DNA of 64,000 nucleotides from a virus. Of the stretch, positions 56,491 through 64,000 are shown piece by piece. The position numbers were made by a program, and so were the translations under genes. Below the pieces are notes generated by a model. The model was not told the origin of the DNA. It searched no databases and worked only from the letters and a program-made list of their open reading frames with translations. Location of the stretch: IMG/VR virus record IMGVR_UViG_3300050821_003647, positions 1-64,000 of that record; one strand, written 5' to 3'. How positions within the stretch are numbered: the stretch's first letter is position 1; the number at the start of each line of letters is the position of its first letter.

Positions 56491-56526
56491 CAAAAGAAAA
56501 CCCGCCGCGGCTTGCGCCGGGCGGGT
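56491..56526 (-). terminator. rho-independent terminator of the 56789 gene
   Basis: Minus strand: ACCCGCC-N13-GGCGGGT followed by TTTCTTTTG. Confidence 0.7.
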
Positions 56527-56606
56527 GTCACGGTCTCAACCGTACCTATATTGGAGATATTCCCATCTCCAAAGGCTGCGCCGTAGCGCTCGCCTCAATC
56601 TCCTCT

Positions 56607-56789
56607 TCATCGCACCGTGGCATTCATGGACAGCGACACGGGACCATGGGGGGTCTGGACCGACGTGAAACCATGGGTTGTGGCCAAGACCTTGGTTTTG
56701 CCAGACTTGGACGGTTCAGCCTTGGCAACTAGGTCTTTAGTCACCGGGATGATGATGACAAGCTGATTATCGATGTATTCGATCTTCAT
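56607..56789 (-). CDS. 60-aa early protein
   Basis: ATG at 56789 with a GGAG SD. MKIEYIDNQLVIIIPV..SKSGKTKVLATTHGF.. Confidence 0.55.
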   Translation of the reverse strand: MKIEYIDNQLVIIIPVTKDLVAKAEPSKSGKTKVLATTHGFTSVQTPHGPVSLSMNATVR

Positions 56790-56832
56790 GGTGTGTACTC
56801 CGTTCAGGGGTGGCGGGTTGCCGACCCGACAC

Positions 56833-56859
56833 CATTGGCCGGTTGGTGTTTGGTTAACG
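56833..56859. repeat. 27-bp inverted repeat, left copy
   Basis: cattggccggttggtgtttggttaacg is the reverse complement of 57961-57987 with one mismatch. Confidence 0.9.
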
Positions 56860-56953
56860 GCCGGTAACAAATCACCAATTGACGGTTGCACGGTATCGCG
56901 CGCTTACACGTTCCCATATAGTGTGGGAAATATTGCAATTTGTCAAAGGCACT

Positions 56954-57262
56954 AAACTACGTAGACTAATTATTCGGCACGTTGAAATCACTGGGGAAAC
57001 CGTTACACCGTAAATTGAACGGCATTTTTTATTTTGAAGACTTATATACCGTGTTCGTACCACATGCATGGGACGACGAAAAGTGGGACTATATGGGACA
57101 AAAATGCCTATAAATAGAAAAATGAATATAAACTTAACAATTCATCCCATGTGGTGGAAACACGGCTTATGTACCTCTCTAAATAAAAAAGGGGGTTCAA
57201 TTCACAATTACGGTGAAAAGGTGTGACGGATCAACGGTCGGAATAATTAGTCTACGTAGTTT
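56954..57262. repeat. ~310-bp A/T-rich imperfect palindrome with perfect 22-bp terminal inverted repeats
   Basis: aaactacgtagactaattattc (56954-56975) pairs with gaataattagtctacgtagttt (57241-57262). The inner arms align over about 125 nt each: ccgt(t/c)acacc, gtaa(a)ttg, attgaac..tttttt attt, ccgtgtt..accacatg..ggga. Confidence 0.85.
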
Positions 57263-57280
57263 TTGCCCCCTGCGAATTGA

Positions 57281-57331
57281 TTGACTTTCTCCACCTTGTG
57301 TGATATAACGCGTTATTCTCACACAAGGTGG
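57281..57331 (+). promoter_or_regulatory. sigma70-like promoter overlapped by a 41-bp near-perfect palindrome (operator candidate)
   Basis: TTGACT (57281-86), N17, TATAAC (57304-09). ccaccttgtgtga (57291-57303) pairs with tcacacaaggtgg (57319-57331), around the ataacgcgttat core. Confidence 0.55.
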
Positions 57332-57351
57332 GAAATTCTCAGGAGAAGACC

Positions 57352-57966
57352 ATGCCCAAATCAGCACTTTTACCACATCCTACCATCCCACATGCTATGA
57401 TAATCCCAGCCGAAGCGTTAAGGACGCGCATTGACCGCTATTTGCATACACTACTACCTTACCGATCGTTAATATATAAACGTAAAGAAAATGGCTTCTT
57501 TGTGCAAATTACAGGGGATGGACCAAATGATCCTCGACATATGAGCCTGCAAGGTCCATATTACTTTGCACATTTCGCCGGGCTAGCGCGTATGTTGAAT
57601 ATGTTCAATGAACGTGGAACTGGCCCATTGCCACCTGTTTGGGTTGTAGACCGTCAAGGCAGAGAGTATTCGGAAAGCCCGTTACCATCTAAATTACGCT
57701 TCCAGGTAATCACGCCAGCCTTGTCCCGTGCAATTGAATTGCTTCGGGCAATTCCACCTGAAGACCAGAACAAGATATGGGAAACGATCAAAGCTAATCC
57801 TCATAAAGAGACTGAGGACCAAAAAACACGTAATTTTGTAAAAGCTACATACCTTGTTACCGACGCGGTAAATCACGAAATACAAGAGCAGGAGAAGGCT
57901 GAGGAATATGAAGAACTCACTGAAGAACAAGAGCGCATTCTCATTGGCTTGGACCCGGGGCGTTAA
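57352..57966 (+). CDS. first rightward early protein, unknown function
   Basis: ATG at 57352 with an AGGAGAAG SD. 204 aa with an acidic C-terminus. Confidence 0.65.
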   Translation: MPKSALLPHPTIPHAMIIPAEALRTRIDRYLHTLLPYRSLIYKRKENGFFVQITGDGPNDPRHMSLQGPYYFAHFAGLARMLNMFNERGTGPLPPVWVVDRQGREYSESPLPSKLRFQVITPALSRAIELLRAIPPEDQNKIWETIKANPHKETEDQKTRNFVKATYLVTDAVNHEIQEQEKAEEYEELTEEQERILIGLDPGR

Positions 57967-57987
57967 CCAAACGCCAACCGGCCAATG
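57961..57987. repeat. 27-bp inverted repeat, right copy
   Basis: cgttaaccaaacgccaaccggccaatg. Overlaps the stop codon of 57352..57966. Confidence 0.9.
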
Positions 57988-58036
57988 ACGTGAGCCGCGC
58001 CTCGGCGGCCCGCCCTTAGGACATGGAGTGAAGACT

Positions 58037-58219
58037 ATGGCAAAGGAAATCGCGTTGGTCGAGCAGAATGACATGGTGGCACGGTTTGACGCTCTGAGAG
58101 CGCGCATTGGACAGGGCACCACTAGTGATGCCATCTCTATCCGGGAACGCCTGGACGCGCGTCTCTTGCAGCATATCGAGTATCGTGCTACTGAATTGAT
58201 TGACGCGGTGCTGGCGTAA
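58037..58219 (+). CDS. 60-aa helical early protein
   Basis: ATG at 58037 with a GGAG SD. Confidence 0.55.
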   Translation: MAKEIALVEQNDMVARFDALRARIGQGTTSDAISIRERLDARLLQHIEYRATELIDAVLA

Positions 58220-58252
58220 CAAGCGCCAGGGCAGGGGATATCCTCCCCTGCC
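58211..58252 (+). terminator. tandem hairpins after the 58219 stop
   Basis: ctggcg-taacaa-cgccag, then ggcagggga-tatcc-tcccctgcc. Weak T-tract. Confidence 0.4.
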
Positions 58253-58421
58253 TCCTACCAATTCAACAAGAGTGCTGGCGCAAGAGTTTCCCCCAAGAGG
58301 GCCGAGCAAGCGAGTATGGGTAACCAATCCCACGGCGGGAATAAGGGAAAGCGTAGTGTGGCAGTCTGACCAACTAACGACCACTATTGCAGCATTCGGT
58401 CATAACAACGGGAGAAGCACA

Positions 58422-58751
58422 ATGAAAGAAGATGTGAAGGATAAGTGGGTTGCCGCACTGCGCAGTGGCAATTATAAGCAAACCAGGGGCGCACTGAAGA
58501 AAGATGGGGGGCACTGCTGCCTTGGCGTTCTGTGCGAGGTGCTGGGGCATATTGCTGAGTGGAATGGGTATAAATATAGTTATAATGGGAGTAAATCGGT
58601 GTTGGAGACTTATATCCAAGAAGAGGCTGGAATGAAAACGCCTCTTGGATCGTGGGCAGATAACAAGAGATCTCTCATAGAACTGAACGATGACGGCAAG
58701 TCATTCGATGAGATTGCCGACATTATCGAAGAGAACTGGCGAAGCCTCTAA
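58422..58751 (+). CDS. hypothetical protein (KWVAALRSGNYKQ..HCCLGVLCEV family)
   Basis: ATG at 58422 preceded by GGAGAAGCACA. Confidence 0.6.
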   Translation: MKEDVKDKWVAALRSGNYKQTRGALKKDGGHCCLGVLCEVLGHIAEWNGYKYSYNGSKSVLETYIQEEAGMKTPLGSWADNKRSLIELNDDGKSFDEIADIIEENWRSL

Positions 58752-58765
58752 ATAGGAGAAGCACA

Positions 58766-59173
58766 ATGGCAAATAAACTTACAGCGAAGCAACGCAAGTG
58801 GCTTGAGTATATGGCGCTCAAACTAGAACTGCACCACGACAACGGCACACGGTTCGATTTGGGCCTTTGGATAACCGACACCGCCCGAGAGGATGATTGG
58901 TGTGGCACTAAGGGCTGTGCATGTGGCCTCGCGACACTTGATCCCACATTTACCAATGCTGGGTTCCCCAAATATCTTAATTGGGTCGAAGTGCATAAAT
59001 TTTTCAAGATCAGCTATAAACAAGCTGAATGGCTGTTCTCTGCGGAGAGCTACAAAGGCGAGACTTACGGTGACAAGGCTGCACGGAAGGTAGCCCGGCG
59101 CATCCGTGAATTCATTGCCAGCAATGGCAAGGTGCCGAATAATTTCAAGAGCCGAATCCATGTTCACATATAA
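58766..59173 (+). CDS. hypothetical protein
   Basis: ATG preceded by the same GGAGAAGCACA cassette. Contains CGTKGCACGLA. Confidence 0.6.
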   Translation: MANKLTAKQRKWLEYMALKLELHHDNGTRFDLGLWITDTAREDDWCGTKGCACGLATLDPTFTNAGFPKYLNWVEVHKFFKISYKQAEWLFSAESYKGETYGDKAARKVARRIREFIASNGKVPNNFKSRIHVHI

Positions 59174-59191
59174 CGGCACAACTTATCACCC

Positions 59192-59229
59192 GTGCACGGT
59201 ATCACGGTTTAGGTTCTGGTACCGTGCAC
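59192..59229 (+). terminator. 10-bp stem hairpin after the 59173 stop
   Basis: gtgcacggta-N18-taccgtgcac followed by ttgtcgcttctct. Confidence 0.4.
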
Positions 59230-59266
59230 TTGTCGCTTCTCTCCACATCGCACTGGGAAAAATCAC

Positions 59267-59440
59267 ATGATCACACAGGCTAGCGCTGCACGTCTCACGC
59301 CCAAGCAATGGGTAGAAGACAACCGGCAGTGGAAGCGGATCGATAATATCGATCATGCCAAGTATCAGCTTGCTAGGCCCTCTAGCAACAAGGTGTTCTG
59401 GAATAGTGTGCTGGAATTGCTGGGAGGGTGTGTACAATGA
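59267..59440 (+). CDS. 57-aa protein (below the ORF-track cutoff)
   Basis: Hand translation: MITQASAARLTPKQWVEDNRQWKRIDNIDHAKYQLARPSSNKVFWNSVLELLGGCVQ. Its stop forms an ATGA with the next ATG (59437). Confidence 0.4.
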   Translation: MITQASAARLTPKQWVEDNRQWKRIDNIDHAKYQLARPSSNKVFWNSVLELLGGCVQ

Positions 59441-59721
59441 ACTGGTCACGCGAACGGATTGAGGCAATGGAGCGATATGTGGCAAATGATCGCTCTGACC
59501 CTTTCACCCTTGCACGGTGCAAGCTGCATATGCGAAATAATATCGCAGGGTTCCGAATGGAAAAAGGCAATATGCCATGGATGGGTGAAACCATTCACCG
59601 CGATCTTGGAGAGGATACGTTCTATGGTGCAACGGCACACACTGAAATGCGCACTGTGTCACAGGGAACGTTTCATCTTACCTTCCCGGTAACAGTGTAT
59701 AGGAACATGGTGCGACCATGA
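59437..59721 (+). CDS. hypothetical early protein
   Basis: ATG at 59437 (MNWSRERIEAM..). Confidence 0.55.
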   Translation: MNWSRERIEAMERYVANDRSDPFTLARCKLHMRNNIAGFRMEKGNMPWMGETIHRDLGEDTFYGATAHTEMRTVSQGTFHLTFPVTVYRNMVRP

Positions 59722-59906
59722 AACTGCTAGGCGCTAAATACAAGACCAGAGCGGGCGCATTCAAACGTTGCCGGTTTGAGAACGCCATGGCGAAAGGTGA
59801 ATTTGAGCGAGGCGACAAAGCCAAACACTATCGTTATCATGTAACGCAAGATAGCGAAGGTATGTGGCGTGTTTTCAGAAGCCTACAACGATGCACAGGA
59901 GAGTGA
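59718..59906 (+). CDS. hypothetical early protein
   Basis: ATGA coupling. Confidence 0.5.
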   Translation: MKLLGAKYKTRAGAFKRCRFENAMAKGEFERGDKAKHYRYHVTQDSEGMWRVFRSLQRCTGE

Positions 59907-59908
59907 CC

Positions 59909-60109
59909 ATGTATAACTTGCGCCTTGTAGTGGATAACACGTTGCCAAAGTTCACAGACGAGGAACTTGAAGAGGCGCTCTTTAATTTATATGACGAGCG
60001 TACGGATGGACGTAATGACAGCATAAGCGAACAAGATCGACGCGCTATGGCGCGATGGTTTGGACAGTGCGAGATTGAACCAATCTCGACAGGAAGGACC
60101 TTCAAATGA
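59909..60109 (+). CDS. hypothetical early protein
   Basis: ATG at 59909 (MYNLRLVVDN..). Confidence 0.5.
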   Translation: MYNLRLVVDNTLPKFTDEELEEALFNLYDERTDGRNDSISEQDRRAMARWFGQCEIEPISTGRTFK

Positions 60110-60324
60110 GTATGTTTCAAAAGCGGCACTATGAAACAATTGCTCTTGTGATGCAAGGTTCACATCCAGGAGAAGGGTTAAGTCACGACAATCGCGCCGT
60201 AGTACAGTGGCTAGAGCAAATAAGAGATTTGGCGGAAATGTTCGAACGTGATAATAAGGGCTTCGATATCATCCGCTTTATGAAAGCTTGTAAGCCGGGC
60301 GCAAATGTGAGGGCAAGATCATGA
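60106..60324 (+). CDS. hypothetical early protein
   Basis: ATGA coupling with an AGGAAGGA SD. Confidence 0.55.
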   Translation: MSMFQKRHYETIALVMQGSHPGEGLSHDNRAVVQWLEQIRDLAEMFERDNKGFDIIRFMKACKPGANVRARS

Positions 60325-60581
60325 GCCTATGTGAACTTACCGTCCCGGTAACACCGGACACTGTTACACCGCAATTCGATCGAGTGCGGGCGCTTCATTG
60401 GTGCCCCAAATGCAAGCGGTCGAAAAATCAGGGCTTGCTTGTTTGCTGGCCTTGTAATACAAGATTGAAGCGGGCTTATGATGGCACCTATGGCCCGCTT
60501 GAACGGTTGCTTCCACGCCTTGATGCATACTTGTTCGACCACAACGAGAGTGCCGCACTATCGTGGTTAGGAGAGGCATGA
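60321..60581 (+). CDS. zinc-ribbon protein
   Basis: HWCPKCKRS..LVCWPCNTRL (CxxC..CxxC). Confidence 0.55.
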   Translation: MSLCELTVPVTPDTVTPQFDRVRALHWCPKCKRSKNQGLLVCWPCNTRLKRAYDGTYGPLERLLPRLDAYLFDHNESAALSWLGEA

Positions 60582-60721
60582 GCAATCTTTGGTTGGTTCT
60601 AGCGGTTGCCATAGTGGTAATCGTCACACTTGGAGGAATGAAAAATGACAAAGCCAGCAAACGACAACAAGAAATCCAGTGGGTGGACAAAGCCCGATCC
60701 GGAACAAGCAGCCAACGCTGA
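60578..60721 (+). CDS. 47-aa single-TM protein (below the ORF-track cutoff)
   Basis: AGGAGAGG SD and ATGA coupling. MSNLWLVLAVAIVVIVTLGG.. Overlaps the next gene by 77 nt in another frame. Confidence 0.35.
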   Translation: MSNLWLVLAVAIVVIVTLGGMKNDKASKRQQEIQWVDKARSGTSSQR

Positions 60722-61037
60722 ATATGAAAAGCTTAAGGCTGCGTGCGAAGGCGTGCAGGGTTCACGTCTTAAGGATGAGAATGGCAATACGATTGAGCAA
60801 GAGAAGCCCGCAGAGAAGCTGGAATTCACTAGGGCAGACGTTTTTAAAGCATTTAATCTTGGCCAGTGGTACGGCAAGCGCTGGGGGCAACTTTACTCTC
60901 TACAGCGCACTGTGCCCCATATCGAGAAGCAGAATACACGCCTACAAAAGGCAGGTCGCAAGGTGGGAATTCTAAAACAAGCCCTTCGTGCCCAGATTGA
61001 CGCCAACACTCTTGCTGCTGAGGCGCTTGATGACTGA
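60645..61037 (+). CDS. hypothetical early protein
   Basis: GGAGGA SD. Confidence 0.6.
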   Translation: MTKPANDNKKSSGWTKPDPEQAANAEYEKLKAACEGVQGSRLKDENGNTIEQEKPAEKLEFTRADVFKAFNLGQWYGKRWGQLYSLQRTVPHIEKQNTRLQKAGRKVGILKQALRAQIDANTLAAEALDD

Positions 61038-61422
61038 CCTGGAAGCTAAGCTACGCGATATGGCAGATAAGGGTTTACTCTCGCATTTGTCAGTCTATGC
61101 GCAGTGGGGGGCACATAAATCCCCCACTGTGTTCCACGCCAGCGTTATAACAATCCATGGTCAAGGGCATTATGAGAGCACCGATATTGTAGAGGCGGTA
61201 TTGGTTGCTATAGAAGAGGCTCCGAAGCAAGCTAGGAGACATACGCCAGTGGTACCAAACAAAGATAGGCCAGGAAGGGACGTGTGCACCCTATCGGTAC
61301 CACTGGCGCCTGCCCCCGTAGTGAGCCAACCTGTCAAGCCTGTAAGGCAACAAAACGACAGGAAAACTCCGCGGGGGCAGACTGATACCCCCGTGCCAAA
61401 CCTAATGGAGTTATTCAAGTGA
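61030..61422 (+). CDS. hypothetical early protein
   Basis: ATG at 61030 (MTDLEAKLRDM..). Confidence 0.55.
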   Translation: MTDLEAKLRDMADKGLLSHLSVYAQWGAHKSPTVFHASVITIHGQGHYESTDIVEAVLVAIEEAPKQARRHTPVVPNKDRPGRDVCTLSVPLAPAPVVSQPVKPVRQQNDRKTPRGQTDTPVPNLMELFK

Positions 61423-61637
61423 CACGAAAAGATTGGGATATTATTGCACGTATTCTTAGAGAAGCTAGGAGGCCAAATTGGCCCCAACAAGCATTTCCTG
61501 AAGCGCCTAGCGCAGAATGGACGCGGCAACGTATTATCCGAGCATTCTGTGTTGAGTTCAATATGAAAGAAGACCAAGATAACGCATTTTGCAAGGCGGC
61601 AGGCATGCCTATCAAACAGGAAAGGACCTTCAAATGA
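61419..61637 (+). CDS. hypothetical early protein
   Basis: GTGA-coupled start. Confidence 0.45.
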   Translation: MTRKDWDIIARILREARRPNWPQQAFPEAPSAEWTRQRIIRAFCVEFNMKEDQDNAFCKAAGMPIKQERTFK

Positions 61638-62431
61638 CAAGCCCTACGATATTGGTACATGATACCAAGAATGATACTCGCTTCGATGATCTTCTCAACG
61701 AGAGTGAGAAGCTTGGTAGTGTGACTGGCCAAGCTGAGGATGCACAAGTGAAGCATCTTCTGCTGGTCACACAAGCAGCTTTTGAATGCGTGATCGATAA
61801 CACCAAGAATAAGCACGGCGCAGACCGTGACGATGCCACGGTGATCGCTGAAAAGTATTGGGGTGCACGGCACAAGAACGTGATTTTTAACCCCAAGGCT
61901 GGCAACCAGCGCAAGACCATTTCATGCATGCGCCAGTGCATCACAATGGGTGGATGGTCTAAGGGTGGCCCGGGCGAACCGATGGGCATGCTCAATCGTG
62001 CCATGACTATGTATAAGAACCTTCGCAAGGTCCCAGGCAATACCAAGCGCATGATTGATCCTGCCAACTATGTAATTGGGCTTGCTCGCAAGCTTAAGCG
62101 TAGTGACTATGTGCTGGACGATGCCACCATGAACGATATGGCGTTCAAAAAGGACGCTGAGGTGGCCACGGTGGCGGATGTGCTCGACAAGGCCAGGGCG
62201 ACCCTTAAGAAGCTATATGACGGCAAGCACCCCGCCGGAACATGTAACACGGCTCATGTTGATAACGCCATCAAGGCAATCAACAAGGAACTGAAAGAGA
62301 TCGCTGCTGGCAAGCACGCCGCAGCACAGAACGAAGCAGTGGCCTTAGCTGCTGAGGTAATCGGTAAAGAAGCAGATAAGGCTGGCGATGCCGCGCCAGT
62401 GAGCGTTCCATCCGGCGCAGACAATGCATAA
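61634..62431 (+). CDS. hypothetical early protein (265 aa)
   Basis: ATG at 61634 with an AGGAAAGGA SD and ATGA coupling. Confidence 0.6.
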   Translation: MTSPTILVHDTKNDTRFDDLLNESEKLGSVTGQAEDAQVKHLLLVTQAAFECVIDNTKNKHGADRDDATVIAEKYWGARHKNVIFNPKAGNQRKTISCMRQCITMGGWSKGGPGEPMGMLNRAMTMYKNLRKVPGNTKRMIDPANYVIGLARKLKRSDYVLDDATMNDMAFKKDAEVATVADVLDKARATLKKLYDGKHPAGTCNTAHVDNAIKAINKELKEIAAGKHAAAQNEAVALAAEVIGKEADKAGDAAPVSVPSGADNA

Positions 62432-62451
62432 CCGTATGGGGTAAACGCTCG

Positions 62452-62498
62452 CCGGGGGCAGGGGCTTCCTTCCGTTCACCCTGCCCCCGGTTCTTACT
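62452..62498 (+). terminator. rho-independent terminator
   Basis: ccgggggcaggg-N15-ccctgcccccgg followed by ttcttact. Confidence 0.7.
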
Positions 62499-62630
62499 AA
62501 ATCTACGCGACACCTGCCGGGCCGGTAAGATACCGGATGATTGCAAGGGTACACGTGCTTCGCGCAGCCTCTTGCGGTTTAGAGTGGTGTGACAGACCGG
62601 AGAGACGGTCAACTTACCGTAGAGGTAACA

Positions 62631-63551
62631 ATGGCCCAATCACGAAAAACACAAGTGATTTGCATGGGGCTCTCTAAAGAGCTACGCCTTATTGCACGTT
62701 CACGGTCATATAGGGTACAGATAAAAGGCCAAATTAATTCCCGGCTTAATAGTTTCAAACAGTGTTATTCAGTACAATGGCACGATGTACAGATTATTCC
62801 TCGTACACAAAGGCGGGAAGATATACCTTTTGAGGTAGTTACTGCTGAGGCTGCGTTTAGACGACGTGAAAAAGAGCTATCTACATGGTTTGCTTCTGAA
62901 TTACACTACAAAATAAAAAATATAATCAATAGTGTGGTCGGTTCCGGAACATATAGGGGGTCCCAAACATGGACTGCTATATGCTCTGCAATCGACCAGG
63001 AGTTTCAACCGACTGTTAATAACAAAAATGTGGCTTTCAACTGTAGGGGAACGGTTACAGGTAGATGTGGTGGAAAATCTAATTTCCAGGAAATCTGGAA
63101 ATATTGCCACGAAATAATGGCTATGAAACACGAACAGTTAGAAAAGGCTCTAATGAATAGCCCATACATTTGGGGCCATAACGGTAGCATGGGCATGGGC
63201 AATCTAGTAACGGGAGTATATGGAAATGAGCTTAAATCTGGTACAGGCAAAACGCGCAATGCTACTAAACACTCAAGCTGGGAACGCTACGCTTCTCCGC
63301 AGTCCGTCGGGCTTCGGCAAAAGTACAATGCAGATGCAAGCCTTCGACGAATTGCGCTCCAAGAACGCCAAGAACGGGAAAACGACAGGCTTAGGCGTCT
63401 TGTTTCTCGCTACGCAAACGCCCAGCGATTTAATCGGGCTTCCATGGAAAGGGGAAAAACGGTTCACATTGCCTTCCCCCGATCCATCGAATGGCCAGGA
63501 AGAGGTTACCATCACGGTAACGGACCCGTCATATCCGATGTGGATGCTTGA
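62631..63551 (+). CDS. hypothetical protein in a low-GC segment (moron-like)
   Basis: ATG at 62631 with a GAGG SD. One 60-nt line (62881) counted at 30% GC. Confidence 0.6.
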   Translation: MAQSRKTQVICMGLSKELRLIARSRSYRVQIKGQINSRLNSFKQCYSVQWHDVQIIPRTQRREDIPFEVVTAEAAFRRREKELSTWFASELHYKIKNIINSVVGSGTYRGSQTWTAICSAIDQEFQPTVNNKNVAFNCRGTVTGRCGGKSNFQEIWKYCHEIMAMKHEQLEKALMNSPYIWGHNGSMGMGNLVTGVYGNELKSGTGKTRNATKHSSWERYASPQSVGLRQKYNADASLRRIALQERQERENDRLRRLVSRYANAQRFNRASMERGKTVHIAFPRSIEWPGRGYHHGNGPVISDVDA

Positions 63552-64000
63552 CGTATTCACAGGTAAGCCTGCAACGTTGTTCGATCAGTTTGTGCTTATC
63601 ATAGAGGAGTACGGTCAAGGTGAACCAGATACAAAGCGTGCGGCGGCGGAAATATTCCTCAATGGGGGCACACCGCCTTTCTATCTACCAAAGGGGAGTG
63701 CTAGATGGGCGAGCACAAATACAGGTGCGCGTTATGGAGTTACTAAAGATTTTCTTTTCGCTATCGCCCGACGAACAATCATCGATATTGCACAGGATAT
63801 CGATGTTCTAGTAGATCATTGGGACAAACCATATGCGTTTCAAGGGCGCAACTGGCAAATGTCGGCAGTCTGGAAAGCCTGGGCAAAAACCGCAGGGTCG
63901 AGTGTCATCTTCGAAGCAGAACCAAAAGAAGATGGGCCATGGTGTAACCCGCGCACCATGAGCGCGGCTGATCGGGTATACCAATGCCTGATCGAGGATA
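63538..64000 (+). CDS. hypothetical protein, 3' end outside window
   Basis: I translated this frame codon by codon from 63544 to 64000 with no stop. It is not in the ORF track because it is incomplete. Confidence 0.6.
   Translation, partial: MWMLDVFTGKPATLFDQFVLIIEEYGQGEPDTKRAAAEIFLNGGTPPFYLPKGSARWASTNTGARYGVTKDFLFAIARRTIIDIAQDIDVLVDHWDKPYAFQGRNWQMSAVWKAWAKTAGSSVIFEAEPKEDGPWCNPRTMSAADRVYQCLIED

Noticed and set aside
56333-56732. Two overlapping + strand ORFs (111 and 104 aa) in the GC-rich intergenic region
   Set aside because: They have no SD, an Arg/Gly-rich composition from the high GC, and they run through the minus-strand terminator at 56491-56526 and into the 56607..56789 gene.
56954-57262. 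Protelomerase (telRL-like) target or hairpin-telomere site
   Set aside because: The palindrome is imperfect except for the 22-bp ends, is interrupted centrally, and no protelomerase-like gene is seen.
56833-57987. Idea that the 27-bp inverted repeats bound an invertible (Gin/Hin-type) 1.15-kb switch
   Set aside because: No serine or tyrosine recombinase gene is present in the window. Both copies sit in equivalent positions upstream of outward genes, which fits a reused leader or regulatory element better. Inversion cannot be excluded without read-orientation data.
63620-63811. 63-aa + ORF listed in the track
   Set aside because: A different frame is open from 63538 to the window end and is coupled to the upstream gene, so the 63-aa ORF is probably a shadow frame.

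Overview
The window reads as most of one roughly 64-kb tailed-phage genome with a T7-supergroup-like (podovirus-type) gene order. I saw no integrase, rRNA or CRISPR array.

Layout:
- (i) 3-11241 (+): replication and nucleotide module. It holds a 5'-truncated family-A DNA polymerase, two deoxyribosyltransferase-like genes, two MazG-like genes, a Cas4-like nuclease, VRR-NUC, an SNF2 helicase and a primase-polymerase/SF3 helicase.
- (ii) 11277-47316 (-): one very long virion operon. Order: portal, two collagen-like fibre genes, a six-gene sugar-modification island, four small disordered proteins, scaffold, capsid, connector/adaptor, a second cassette of collagen-like and glycine-rich fibre genes, two holin-like genes, an HNH, a ~1095-aa tail protein, then internal/ejection proteins including a ~2075-aa giant.
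- (iii) 47354-50921 (+): packaging genes, including an HTH-metallophosphoesterase, a second HNH and TerL.
- (iv) 50918-56789 (-): small genes, a winged-helix regulator, a SprT-like protease, and a lysozyme plus SGNH esterase bracketed by tRNA-Asn and tRNA-Pro.
- (v) ~56016-57350: non-coding control region with nested inverted repeats, divergent promoters and structured GC-rich RNA-like sequence.
- (vi) 57352-64000 (+): translationally coupled early genes.

Best candidate for a novel system: a low-GC, self-contained sugar-synthesis and glycosyltransferase island (37772-42979) sits inside the structural operon of a phage that encodes at least six G-X-T collagen-like proteins. This suggests a phage-encoded pathway that glycosylates its own collagen-like fibres. 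All functional calls come from motifs read by eye; no database search was run.
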